Positions 21,691-31,503 of a DNA stretch of 64,000 bases are shown here, piece by piece. The DNA is from Gemmatimonas sp. (GTDB lineage: Bacteria > Gemmatimonadota > Gemmatimonadetes > Gemmatimonadales > Gemmatimonadaceae), in the NCBI GenBank assembly GCA_965279375.1, contig OZ257156.1:2656001-2720000 (forward strand). The letters run 5' to 3'. Made by a program: the position numbers and the translations under genes. Numbering within the stretch: the stretch's first letter is position 1; each line of letters begins with the position of its first letter. Below the pieces are notes generated by a model, which did not search any database, was not told where the DNA came from, and saw only the letters and a program-made list of their open reading frames with translations.

Positions 21691-22404
21691 ATGCTGTCTC
21701 GTCTTCTGTCGAACTCCCGCCGCATCGTCGTGCGCGTCGCCGCTTTTGCTGGTGCGATGGCGTGGTCTGTCGTGGGAGTGTCGATCGGGGCGAGGGGAGC
21801 ATCCGCACAGGCGTTCAACTATCCGTCGCTGCAACTGCCGACGGTCTCGACACGCGACTATACCGCGGCAATCGCGGGAGGCGAGGGAAGCACGCTGCTG
21901 TTTCAGTGGCGCGAGAACACTGGTGAGCGAGGGCACTTCGGTGTCGACGCGGGCATCGCCGATTCGCGCGCCCGCGATCCGATGGTATTTCTTGGTGCCT
22001 CGATCGGTCGCGAGGTGATGCGTGCGACGGAGCAGCAGCCGCTGGATCTGCTCGCGACGGGCGGCGTCAACGTGGCGTTCGGTGCGGGGACGACGCTGAT
22101 TCGGGTTCCGCTGGGGGTGAGCGTGGGGCACACGTTCGAACTGGAGCGCGATCTTGCGCTTACCCCATACGTACATCCGAGATTGTCCCTGGACCGGTGC
22201 GCGGACTGCGGAAAGGCGGGTGGGAGTCGCTCCGAGGTTTCGCTGAATTTCGACTTGGGAGCGAATTTGCAGGTCTCGCGCGAATTCGCCGTTCGGGTCG
22301 CCGGAGTGTTCAGCGGCTCGGATCTCCTAGGGGGCGGGGACGCGTTTGCCGTGGGGCTTAACTGGACGCCGGCAGCACTGCGTCGGCCCGTCCCGGCAAA
22401 GTGA
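21691..22404 (+). CDS. Hypothetical secreted protein, probable small outer-membrane beta-barrel
   Basis: GGAG RBS; signal peptide ending ASAQ; alternating amphipathic strands ending FAVGLNW. Confidence 0.65.
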   Translation: MLSRLLSNSRRIVVRVAAFAGAMAWSVVGVSIGARGASAQAFNYPSLQLPTVSTRDYTAAIAGGEGSTLLFQWRENTGERGHFGVDAGIADSRARDPMVFLGASIGREVMRATEQQPLDLLATGGVNVAFGAGTTLIRVPLGVSVGHTFELERDLALTPYVHPRLSLDRCADCGKAGGSRSEVSLNFDLGANLQVSREFAVRVAGVFSGSDLLGGGDAFAVGLNWTPAALRRPVPAK

Positions 22405-22915
22405 CGGCTGGTCTTTCTGACACAGCGACCGGCCGTGCCGATGGCGTGATGCACACGCGTTGACGGGGTGAACCGGGCACCTATTCCCGCGCGTTTTCAT
22501 TCGAGAAAAGTCAAACGCCCGTCGCGCTAAGTCGCGATGGGCGTTCTTGCGTCAATGTGACGCGTCCGGTACTGTTGCTGTTCTGAGATCGGGGCGGGCG
22601 GACTGTCCCGTTTCACTGCTGTTTATCCCGCGCAGGATCGTGTAGCGCTCACATTTGCAACTTGTCCCGAATCGATGCGCGTGGTTGCGGCGCGCGACGA
22701 GGGGCAGCTCGACCCGTTTCACCGACGCAGTCGCGGTTGAAGGTCATGCACAATTTTCCGCCGTGTTTCAGGCGGATACCATCTCGGTGTTTTCAAGCGC
22801 GTAGGCTCGCGCTTGCTGCACCGGGTTTACGTACCGGTGGGCCGAAGAGTTTCGCGCCGTCTGGTACTCTGTCCCCTCCCCGTTGTTCCGGCTTCCGAAT
22901 CGCCGAGGGCTGAGC

Positions 22916-25900
22916 ATGTCGAGATTTTCACGATGGTTGCACCGGGTTCCGCTGGCAGTGCTGGCGTTGCTCTTGGTGCCAGCGATGGTACGGGCCCAGG
23001 GTCCAGCCGTCATCACTGGTACGGTCAAGACGGACTTCGGTGATCCACTTCAGGACGCGAACGTCTTCATCACTGAGCTCGCCGTTTCGGTGGGCACGAA
23101 TGCAGCGGGTCGCTATACGCTGACCATTCCCGCGGATCGCGTGAAGGGGCAGGTCCTTGTGCTTCGCGCGCGCGCGATCGGCTACAAGGCTGACATCAAG
23201 ACGATCACGGTGAAGGCTGGTCCGCAGTCTTTCGACTTCTCGCTGGCGAAGGACATCAACCGCCTGCAGGAAATCGTGACGACGGGTGTGACGGGTGCGA
23301 CGGAGCAGAAGAAGCTCGCGTTCTCCGTGGCGCAGGTGAGCGAGAAGGACATGCCGGTACCGGGCTCCAACCCGCTGTCTCAGCTGGCTGGTAAGGTGGC
23401 CGGTGCGAACATCGTGTCGGCGACAGGCCGTCCGGGTTCGGCGCCTTCCGTCATTCTGCGTGGCCCCCAGTCGATCAACGCCTCGGGTCGCGGTCAGGAT
23501 CCGCTGTACATCATCGACGGCGTCGTTTCCCAGGGTGGCCTGCAGGACATCAACCCGCAGGACATCGAGAACATCGAAGTCGTGAAGGGTGCCGCCGCCT
23601 CGTCGCTCTACGGATCGCGCGCCGGTAACGGTGTCATCCAGATCACGACGCGCTCGGGCAAGAACCAGTCGGAAGGCGTGCGCTTCCGCGCGCAGGCTGA
23701 GTACGGCACGTCGACGATCGAGCGTGAGTACCAGTACCCGGCCACCAGCTTCATGCTGATGGATCCGACGTACCAGCGTTACTGCATCGCCGCGGCGGGT
23801 GCCGCCGATTGCTCGCGTACGGCCGACATCTACGCCGAAGCGCTGCGCATCAACGATCAGGGCGGTGACTTCTCGCTGCCGCCGGTGACGTTTGTGAATG
23901 ACGGCGGTATCGCGCGTAACCCGGGTGCGGCGAACTCGCGCAACCTGTTCCAGACGAACCCGTTCCCGCAGACGTTCAACCCGATCAAGCAGTTCGTGAC
24001 GGACGGTCAGACGATCAACACGACGTTTGACGCCACGGGTCGCGTGGGCCGTACGAACTTCTTCGCCTCGGTGAACCAGCTGCGTCAGGAAGGCTCGATC
24101 AAGCTGTTGCCGGGTTACACGCGTAACTCGATGCGCTTGAACATCGACCAGCAGCTCGGTGGCAACGTCAACTTCTCCCTCCGTTCGGCCTACTCGAGCG
24201 CGATGGACTACAACAACGGCGGCGCCTTCTTCTCGCTGACGCGTCAGCCGGCGAATGCGCAGCTGTTCCAGACCGACTCCAAGGGTCGCTTGTACATCCG
24301 CTCGGTGGCGCAGCAGCAGGGTGCGCAGAACACCAACCCGGCGTACAACAGCCAGAACTTCCAGCCGCTCAACCGCATCGACCGTTTCGTCGGCAATGCG
24401 ACCGCGCGTTGGACGCCGTTCTCGTGGATGGATGTCGAAGGCAACTTCGGCTACGACAACCGCAACAACTTCCAGGAATCGCAGCAGGATCGTGGCTATC
24501 GCACGACCGCGCTGAGCACGACGAACCTGGGCACGATCAGCCGTTCGGCCAACCGCGACTACTCGCTGAATGCGTCGGGTAACGTCTCGATGCGTAAGGG
24601 CTGGTTCGAGGACAACCTGAACACGCGCCTGACGCTGCGTTACCTGTGGGAAGCGCAGGACGGCCGTTCGCAGAGCACGGGTGGTAACAACCTGGCGGTG
24701 CCGGGCCTGCGCGATCCGGACGCGGCGATTCAGGACTTCTTCACGTCGGGTGGTACGACGCAGGTGCGCCAGCTGGGCGCCTTCGCGAACCTCGACATGG
24801 ACTACAAGGGTCGCTACATCATCGGCGCGCTCGTGCGTCGCGACGCGGCTTCGCTGTTCGGTGCCGCCGAGCGTTGGCAGACCTACGGCCGTGGTTCCAT
24901 CGCGTGGCGTTTGAGCGACGAGCCGTGGTTCAAGGTGCCGGGCATCTCGGACCTCAAGCTGCGCGCTTCGCAGGGCTCGGCGGGTAACCGTCCGATCTAC
25001 TCGGCCCAGTACGAGACGTTCACGATCGGCGCGGGCGGCGTGCTGTCGCCGGCCTCGCTCGGCAATGCGAACCTCCGTCCCGAAGTCTCGACCGAGACGG
25101 AAATCGGCATGGACCTCGAGTTGCTCAGCAAGTACGGCGTGACGCTGACGCACTCGAACAACGTGATCGACAACCAGCTGTTGCAGGTGCCGCCTCCGGC
25201 GGCGGCCGGTTTCTCCAGCCAGTGGAAGAATGCCGGTCAGCTGACGAACAACACGTGGGAGCTGTCGCTCAACATCCCCGTGATCCAGAAGCGCAACCTG
25301 CAGTACTCGGCGCGCATCAACTATGACCGCACGACGTCGGTCATCTCGCGCCTCGACGTGCCGACTTTCTTCTTCTCGGCGGCCGGTCAGCAGGGTTCGG
25401 AGACGATGTTCCAGATCAAGCAGGGCGGCAACATGGGCCAGATCTACGGCCGTCGCTTTGTGAAGGACTGCGCCGAGCTTCCGGCCGCGTTCGCGGCGCG
25501 TTGCGGCGCGGGCAAGGATTATCAGGCCAACTCGGACGGCTTCGTTGTGTATGTCGGCGCTGGCAACACGCTGGGCGACGGCATCACGAAGAACCTGTGG
25601 AACACGCGCCTCCCGGCGTCGGCCGCTCCGTGGGCCGGTGGTACGACTGCCGATCCGCTGAACTGGGGCTTCCCGATCCTCGTCCGTGACTCGACGGGTG
25701 CGGTGCCGGTGCTGCCTGTTGGTCAGGCGTTGCCGAAGTTCCGCTGGTCGATGGCGCAGAACTTCCAGTACAAGAAGTTCACCGCGTATGCCCTGCTCGA
25801 CGCCACCGTCGGCAAGAGCATCTGGAACATCGGCCGTCAGTGGTCGCTGGGTGACTTCATGCATGCCGACGCCGACCAGGCGGGCAAGTCGGTCGCCGAA

Positions 25901-26239
25901 GCGCGTCCGATCGGCTACTACTTCCGCGCCGTCTCGACGGGCGGCATCGGTGGTCTGTACGACGTGCTCGCCCCGAACAACAACACGACGGAAGACGCGA
26001 GCTTCGTGAAGGTCCGCGAAGCGTCGATCGGCTATCGCATCGGTGCGATCGGTGGCGTGGGCAACTGGAACGTGAACCTGATCGGTCGCAACCTGTTCAC
26101 GATCAGCAACTACAAGGGCTTTGACCCTGAAGTCGGATCGGGTGGTGGCAGCCTGGGCTCTGGCGTGTTGAACGCCATCGACGCCTTCGTTTTCCCGAAC
26201 CTGCGCCAGTTCACTCTCTCGATCGGCACCAGCTTCTGA
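22916..26239 (+). CDS. susC: SusC/RagA-family TonB-linked outer-membrane protein
   Basis: PLYIIDGV, DINPQDIENIEVVKGAAASSLYGSRAGNGVIQITT, GNANLRPE, YKGFDPE, C-terminal Phe. Confidence 0.93.
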   Translation: MSRFSRWLHRVPLAVLALLLVPAMVRAQGPAVITGTVKTDFGDPLQDANVFITELAVSVGTNAAGRYTLTIPADRVKGQVLVLRARAIGYKADIKTITVKAGPQSFDFSLAKDINRLQEIVTTGVTGATEQKKLAFSVAQVSEKDMPVPGSNPLSQLAGKVAGANIVSATGRPGSAPSVILRGPQSINASGRGQDPLYIIDGVVSQGGLQDINPQDIENIEVVKGAAASSLYGSRAGNGVIQITTRSGKNQSEGVRFRAQAEYGTSTIEREYQYPATSFMLMDPTYQRYCIAAAGAADCSRTADIYAEALRINDQGGDFSLPPVTFVNDGGIARNPGAANSRNLFQTNPFPQTFNPIKQFVTDGQTINTTFDATGRVGRTNFFASVNQLRQEGSIKLLPGYTRNSMRLNIDQQLGGNVNFSLRSAYSSAMDYNNGGAFFSLTRQPANAQLFQTDSKGRLYIRSVAQQQGAQNTNPAYNSQNFQPLNRIDRFVGNATARWTPFSWMDVEGNFGYDNRNNFQESQQDRGYRTTALSTTNLGTISRSANRDYSLNASGNVSMRKGWFEDNLNTRLTLRYLWEAQDGRSQSTGGNNLAVPGLRDPDAAIQDFFTSGGTTQVRQLGAFANLDMDYKGRYIIGALVRRDAASLFGAAERWQTYGRGSIAWRLSDEPWFKVPGISDLKLRASQGSAGNRPIYSAQYETFTIGAGGVLSPASLGNANLRPEVSTETEIGMDLELLSKYGVTLTHSNNVIDNQLLQVPPPAAAGFSSQWKNAGQLTNNTWELSLNIPVIQKRNLQYSARINYDRTTSVISRLDVPTFFFSAAGQQGSETMFQIKQGGNMGQIYGRRFVKDCAELPAAFAARCGAGKDYQANSDGFVVYVGAGNTLGDGITKNLWNTRLPASAAPWAGGTTADPLNWGFPILVRDSTGAVPVLPVGQALPKFRWSMAQNFQYKKFTAYALLDATVGKSIWNIGRQWSLGDFMHADADQAGKSVAEARPIGYYFRAVSTGGIGGLYDVLAPNNNTTEDASFVKVREASIGYRIGAIGGVGNWNVNLIGRNLFTISNYKGFDPEVGSGGGSLGSGVLNAIDAFVFPNLRQFTLSIGTSF

Positions 26240-26246
26240 CCCCGGG

Positions 26247-26284
26247 GCAGTTGGGAGCGCGCGCGCCGCGCGCGCCCCGACTGC
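26247..26284 (+). other. Intercistronic stem-loop between susC and susD
   Basis: GCAGTTGGGAGCGCGCGC...GCGCGCGCCCCGACTGC. Confidence 0.5.
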
Positions 26285-26304
26285 AGCGAACTTGAGGAAT
26301 ATCG

Positions 26305-27933
26305 ATGCGTAAGCACTACATCATGGGAAGCGGATTGCTGCTCGGGCTGACGGCCTGCGGTGGCGATGCGCTCAACATCACCAACATCAACAACCCGGAC
26401 GTCGCGCGTGCCTATGCGACGCCGGCTGGTGTCGAAGGCGTCGTGGCCGGTCTCGGTCCACAGGTCTTCAATCCGCAGCGTGCCACGGAATCCGTGAACA
26501 CGCAGGCCAAGATCCTCACGGGCGAGTCTTTCGCGTCCGTGGCGAACTTCGGCATGGCGGCTCGCGCGCAGATTCCGCGTTCGATCATCTCGAACGAGCT
26601 GGGTAACGACAACCAGACTGGCAACCTCGCCAACTTCAACTCGTTCTCGCGTGTCGCGCGCACCGCGTCCAACGCGATCGTCGCGGTGAACGCGCTGGCC
26701 AAGACGGGTCAGACGATCGGCAGCCCGGCACAGGACGCGCGCGCACGCGCGTTTTCGTTCCTGATGCTTGGCCAGTCGCTGGGCATGTTGTCGCTGGCGT
26801 ATGACTCGGCGGCCATCGTGACGCCGGCGGTGCCGAGCGATCAGGTGCCGGGTCTCTCGTCGGCCGCGGCGGTGAACACCGCGGCGCTGGCGATGCTCGA
26901 TTCGGCGATTGCGGTGGCGACGTCGGCTGCTGCGACGAACGGAGCGAACGGCTTCCCGCTTCCGGCGACTTGGATCAACGGTCAGTCGTTGACGCAGGCG
27001 AACTTCGTTCGCCTCGCTCGCTCGTACAAGGCGCGCTACCGCGCAGGTGTCGCGCGGACGGTTGCGGCTCGTGCGGCAGTGGACTGGACGGCGGTCATCG
27101 CTGACGCGACGAACGGCATCACGGCCGACTTCACGGTGAACATCGGCAACAGCTCGGGTTGGACGTCCGCGTTCGACGTCGGCCAGATTTACGTGACGGG
27201 CGGCTGGCATTCGCTGCCGTACTTCTACTACGGCATGGCCGACGTGTCGGGTGGCTACGACGCGTGGCTGGCGACGCCGCGTGACTCGCGTCGCGCGTTC
27301 GTGATCGTTTCGCCTGACAAGCGCTGGCCGACGGGTACGACGCGTGCGGCGCAGCAGGCGCAGGCGCCGACGGTTGTGCTGCCGACTGGTCAGTATTTCC
27401 GCAATCGTCCGACGGGCGAAGACGTGCCCCTCACCGGACCGGGCGACTCGTTCTACGATCACCGTCGCTACGGCGCGGTGAACCTGGCCGGTTCGGCCGG
27501 ACCGTACGTCGAAATGTCGAAGACGGAACTCGACATGCTGGCCGCCGAGGGCTACATCCGCGCTGGCAACCTGTCGGCCGCGGCGTCGCTGATCAACGTG
27601 ACGCGTGTGAAGAACGGGCTTGACCCGGTGAGCGTGACCAGCGCGACGCAGCCGATCTCGACGAACCTCGCGACCTGCGTGCCGCGCGTGCCACAGGCGC
27701 CGGCGTTCACGAGCACGGGCTGCGGCACGATTCTCGAGGCGATGAAGTACGAGAAGCGCATGGAGACCGCGTTCACGGGCTACATGGTGTGGTACACGGA
27801 CAATCGTGGCTGGGGCGACAACATCGAAGGCACGGTGATCGAGTGGCCGGTGCCGTACCAGGAGATGCAGGCACGCCAGAGCGGCTACTACAACGGCACG
27901 CTTCGCGCGCCGAAGGGCACGTACGGCTTCTGA
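26305..27933 (+). CDS. susD: SusD/RagB-family lipoprotein
   Basis: Lipobox LTAC; directly follows susC; ELDMLAAEGYIRAG...LINVTRVKNGL, YEKRMET, WPVPYQE. Confidence 0.87.
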   Translation: MRKHYIMGSGLLLGLTACGGDALNITNINNPDVARAYATPAGVEGVVAGLGPQVFNPQRATESVNTQAKILTGESFASVANFGMAARAQIPRSIISNELGNDNQTGNLANFNSFSRVARTASNAIVAVNALAKTGQTIGSPAQDARARAFSFLMLGQSLGMLSLAYDSAAIVTPAVPSDQVPGLSSAAAVNTAALAMLDSAIAVATSAAATNGANGFPLPATWINGQSLTQANFVRLARSYKARYRAGVARTVAARAAVDWTAVIADATNGITADFTVNIGNSSGWTSAFDVGQIYVTGGWHSLPYFYYGMADVSGGYDAWLATPRDSRRAFVIVSPDKRWPTGTTRAAQQAQAPTVVLPTGQYFRNRPTGEDVPLTGPGDSFYDHRRYGAVNLAGSAGPYVEMSKTELDMLAAEGYIRAGNLSAAASLINVTRVKNGLDPVSVTSATQPISTNLATCVPRVPQAPAFTSTGCGTILEAMKYEKRMETAFTGYMVWYTDNRGWGDNIEGTVIEWPVPYQEMQARQSGYYNGTLRAPKGTYGF

Positions 27934-28445
27934 TGATGATGACGATGGCGGCACACTCCTCGGCGCTGCTCCGGCGGCGCCTTGTGGGTGGCCTTTGCGT
28001 CGGCGCGCTCGCGCTGCAGACGGCGTGCTACACGTACATGCCGATGCAAAGCAGTGCGCCGCCGCAGGCCAAGGAGGTCGGGGTCTCGATCAACGATCGC
28101 GGTCGCGTGCTTCTTGGAGATCGCGTTGGTCAGTCGATCAATCGTATCGATGGACGGATCGTCAGCAGTGATTCGCTGGCCGTCGTACTCGACGTGTACC
28201 GCGTGACGGATCTGCGCGGCATCGCGAGTACGTGGACCGGTGAGCGCGTCAGCATCCCGCGCGAGGCGATCATGGGATACAACGAGCGCAAGCTGTCGAA
28301 GGCGCGCACGTTCGCGTTGGTCGGTGCGATCGCGGCTGCAATCATTGCATCAGTCGGAAGTTCGTTGGACATCTTCGGCGGTTCGCTGCCAGATGAAACG
28401 GCGCCCCCAGGCGGCGGTTCGCAAACGTCTCGTATCGGTCACTAG
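27933..28445 (+). CDS. Hypothetical lipoprotein
   Basis: TGATG coupling to susD; LALQTAC lipobox; C-terminal hydrophobic segment; start uncertain (27933-27945). Confidence 0.7.
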   Translation: MMMTMAAHSSALLRRRLVGGLCVGALALQTACYTYMPMQSSAPPQAKEVGVSINDRGRVLLGDRVGQSINRIDGRIVSSDSLAVVLDVYRVTDLRGIASTWTGERVSIPREAIMGYNERKLSKARTFALVGAIAAAIIASVGSSLDIFGGSLPDETAPPGGGSQTSRIGH

Positions 28446-28505
28446 TCGCACATGGCGACCATACGCGCTTTCTCGTTGACGCACACTTTACGGAGTCTTC
28501 GACTC

Positions 28506-29360
28506 ATGCGGCTCTCTCGTTTCGGAATCCTCGGCGCGCTTGCAATCGCGGCCGTCGGATGCAGTTCCTCGGACTCGGGTCCGACCACGCCGACGATCCC
28601 GTCGCTGGCGTACATCCGCTACATCAACGCAGTCCCCGACACGCTCAATACGACGGTTCGCTTCATCGACGGAGTGGAGTTCACCCCGACGACGTTCGTG
28701 AACGTGCCGTTCCGCGGCCTCGGCCAGGGCAACTACCAGGGCATCGGGGTTGGCGCGCGCAAGATGCGCGTGTTCACTGCCGACTTCGTGAACTTCTCGG
28801 AGGCGGGTAACACGGCCATCCTCGTGGACACGACTCTCACGTTTGAAGCGGGCAAGTACTACACGCTCCTGCACGTCGGCTACGCCCGCGCGGGCTCGTC
28901 GCCGAAGCAGGGCATCGTGGTGTACAACGACGTGCTGCCGTCTCCGACGACGGGCATTGCAGTGCGTGCACTGCATGCCGGCTCGGGCATCGGCAACGTC
29001 GATCTGTACGTGACGGCAGCGGCCACCACGCCGATCGCTGGCGCTCCTGCGGTTGCGTCGCTCGCCTTCAAGGCGGCCTCGAACTACCTGAACCTCGCGG
29101 TCGGTGCCTTTGCCGCGCAGGTGACCGCCACGGGCAGCACGACGGCTGTAGCCGCCGCGCTCGCTCCGGCCGGACTGGCTGCTGTAACGGCGTCGGGCAC
29201 CACGCCCGCAGCCGACCCGACGGCCGGCTCCACGCAGGCTGGATCGGTAATGACCGCCATCGCGTTCCCCGCGACGGTGGCTGGCTCGCGCGCCGCGTCG
29301 TTCACGACGCCCGGCGTGGTGTTCTTCTCGGACAAGCAGCCCCCGCGCACGACGCCGTAA
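28506..29360 (+). CDS. DUF4397-like lipoprotein
   Basis: Lipobox AVGC; YIRYINAVPD, AGKYYTL, VRALHAGSGIGNVDLYV. Confidence 0.78.
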   Translation: MRLSRFGILGALAIAAVGCSSSDSGPTTPTIPSLAYIRYINAVPDTLNTTVRFIDGVEFTPTTFVNVPFRGLGQGNYQGIGVGARKMRVFTADFVNFSEAGNTAILVDTTLTFEAGKYYTLLHVGYARAGSSPKQGIVVYNDVLPSPTTGIAVRALHAGSGIGNVDLYVTAAATTPIAGAPAVASLAFKAASNYLNLAVGAFAAQVTATGSTTAVAAALAPAGLAAVTASGTTPAADPTAGSTQAGSVMTAIAFPATVAGSRAASFTTPGVVFFSDKQPPRTTP

Positions 29361-29381
29361 CCTTACGGCGATCATCCGGTG

Positions 29382-30149
29382 ATGTCGCCGGTGCTTGCTC
29401 CAATCATGACCGCGATCGTGAGAGTCTTCACGGTCGCGGTCGTGTTGCTTTGCGCCAATGCCGCGCTCGTCTCAGTGTTGGGCGCGCAGGTCCTTCGAGG
29501 CACGGCGCGCGTACAGGAATCCGGACGTCCGATCGAAGGTGCGCGGGTGATCGCGATGCTGACAGATGGAAAGTCGATCGGCACAGCGACGACGGATGAG
29601 AAGGGACGATTCCTTCTGCGCGTGGAGTCCAAAGGAGCGCCGTTTACTGTCTCGGTCACGCGCATCGGTATGGAGCCTACGACCTCGGATCCGATCGTCT
29701 TGGCGTCGCGCGATACACTCGATGCCGATTTCTCGGTGACAGAGGTTGGTATCCGCACCGACACCATGAAAGTGACGGCGGCACCGTCGCTCAATGACAT
29801 TCGCTTGGCGGAAGCCAAGCGTCGTGGCTGGCGACTCTTCCCGCCGGTGGAGATCGCGCAGCATCGCGAGCGCGCGAATTCGTTCAATGACTTGCTGCGA
29901 TCGCTCGGCTATCCGGGACTGATCATCCCCTCGCGACCGGACGACTGCATTCGCACGACGCGGTACAATCGCTGCCTGATCATCGTGGTGGATGGTGTAC
30001 CGCTGAGTGGTGGCAATCCGCTCGTCAATCCGCGCGACGTCTATTTCATGGCCGTGCTTGGTGCGTCCGATGCAGTGGTGCAGTTCGGCGATCGCGCCGG
30101 TTACGGCGCGCTCGTGGTGTACACGCGCATGAAGGGCGACAAGCCCTAA
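29382..30149 (+). CDS. Secreted protein: carboxypeptidase-regulatory-like domain plus TonB plug-like domain, no barrel
   Basis: GRPIEGARV...TTDEKGRF; C-terminal IVVDGVP...VNPRDV...QFGDRAGYGALVVYTR. Start uncertain. Confidence 0.7.
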   Translation: MSPVLAPIMTAIVRVFTVAVVLLCANAALVSVLGAQVLRGTARVQESGRPIEGARVIAMLTDGKSIGTATTDEKGRFLLRVESKGAPFTVSVTRIGMEPTTSDPIVLASRDTLDADFSVTEVGIRTDTMKVTAAPSLNDIRLAEAKRRGWRLFPPVEIAQHRERANSFNDLLRSLGYPGLIIPSRPDDCIRTTRYNRCLIIVVDGVPLSGGNPLVNPRDVYFMAVLGASDAVVQFGDRAGYGALVVYTRMKGDKP

Positions 30150-30177
30150 CGCAAGAACGTTCGGGCCGGCTCTGAGG

Positions 30178-31503
30178 TCAGCGCAGTGCGTGCACCAGCG
30201 CTTCAACGAGCGCGACGCTGCGATCAGTAGCACCGAGTTCCTGCTGGACGACGGCGCGCGCTCGTTCACCTTCGCGTTGACGTTTCTTGGCATCGCCGAG
30301 CCATTGCGACAGCACTTCGGTCAGCGCGCGTGCCGACGTGACGCTCGCGCCGCCGCCCGCAGCCAGGAGCAGCCCGGCCTCGCGGCTCATGTCGTGGCGC
30401 GGGCCGAACGCGACCGGAATACCGAACGCGGCAGGCTCGATCACCGAGTGCAGGCCGGCGGCGTGGAATCCACCGCCGACGAATGCAGCATCGCCCAATG
30501 CGTACAGGTCGCCGAGCACACCGACGCGGTCCACGATGACGACATCGGCGTCTCCGCTGTCCGACTCTCGCTCGGAGGTCGCGGGGGGTTGCGACAGACG
30601 CGAGAGACGCGCGACGCGCAGGCGCTGCCCGCGCGCCCATGATTCGATGGGCGCGACGTGATCTTCGTTGGGCTCGTGCGGCGCGATGATGAGCCGCGCG
30701 GTGGGGACGGCACGTCGCACCGCCGTCCAGGATTCGCAGAGCACCGACTCGTCGGCCGGCCAGCTGCTGCCTGCGATGAGCGTAGGACGCGCACTCGAAA
30801 GAGACGTGAGCAACGGCGAGCTGCGATCGACATGCTCGGCGCGCGCCCAGACCTGATCGAATCGCGTATCGCCCGTTACGCGAATGACGCTGGCTGGGAC
30901 GCCGAGTGACTGCAGGCGCGTGCCGTTGACCGCGTCGATGGCGCCCACCGATTGCAGCGAGGCGTAGGCATCATGCAGCAGCATGCGTGAGAACATGCCG
31001 AGTCGGCCCGAGCCCGGCGCCAGCGTGGCGCTGAGCAGTGCGACGGGGATTCCGCGAGCCGATGCGCGCGCGACGAGCGTAGGCCACACGTCGAGCTTGA
31101 CGAAGACGAGCGCCGACGGCTTGAGCGCATCGAGCATCGCGTCACACTCGGCGGCCCCGTCGAAGGGGAGATAGTCGGTGATGTCCGCGCCGATACTCTG
31201 CGCGAAGCGCTCGGCGCTTGGAGAGTAGAAGGTGTAGGCGAGTTGCAGCTCCGGATGCCGCTCACGAAGCGCGTGGGCCACAGGGCGCGCCTGCAGGCCT
31301 TCGCCGACGGACGGCGCGTGCAGCCAGACCAGGGGCCGCGACGGATCGCGCACGGCGGTGGCGCGCTGCCTGATACGATCGAGCAGGCCGCGTCGCGCCG
31401 CGAGAGACCGTGCAACTTTTCCGTCGCCCGAGGATGCGAAGCGCGTGGCGGTGCGGGCGGCGAAGACGCCGAGTGAGTACAGTGTGGCGACCGCTCCGTT
31501 CAG
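30178..31503 (-). CDS. waaA: 3-deoxy-D-manno-octulosonic acid transferase (KdtA/WaaA)
   Basis: WLHAPSVGE, DYLPFD, TGDTRFD, IAPHE, FVGGGF...HSVIEPAAFG; proposed CTG start at 31503 (track start 31353). Confidence 0.9.
   Translation of the reverse strand: MNGAVATLYSLGVFAARTATRFASSGDGKVARSLAARRGLLDRIRQRATAVRDPSRPLVWLHAPSVGEGLQARPVAHALRERHPELQLAYTFYSPSAERFAQSIGADITDYLPFDGAAECDAMLDALKPSALVFVKLDVWPTLVARASARGIPVALLSATLAPGSGRLGMFSRMLLHDAYASLQSVGAIDAVNGTRLQSLGVPASVIRVTGDTRFDQVWARAEHVDRSSPLLTSLSSARPTLIAGSSWPADESVLCESWTAVRRAVPTARLIIAPHEPNEDHVAPIESWARGQRLRVARLSRLSQPPATSERESDSGDADVVIVDRVGVLGDLYALGDAAFVGGGFHAAGLHSVIEPAAFGIPVAFGPRHDMSREAGLLLAAGGGASVTSARALTEVLSQWLGDAKKRQREGERARAVVQQELGATDRSVALVEALVHALR

Noticed and set aside
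22928..25864. Long antisense ORFs (also 53913-57149, 16026-17744, 18535-20094, 44779-46398, 49361-51211)
   Set aside because: Opposite-strand shadows of real genes, expected from high-GC codon bias; no recognisable motifs.
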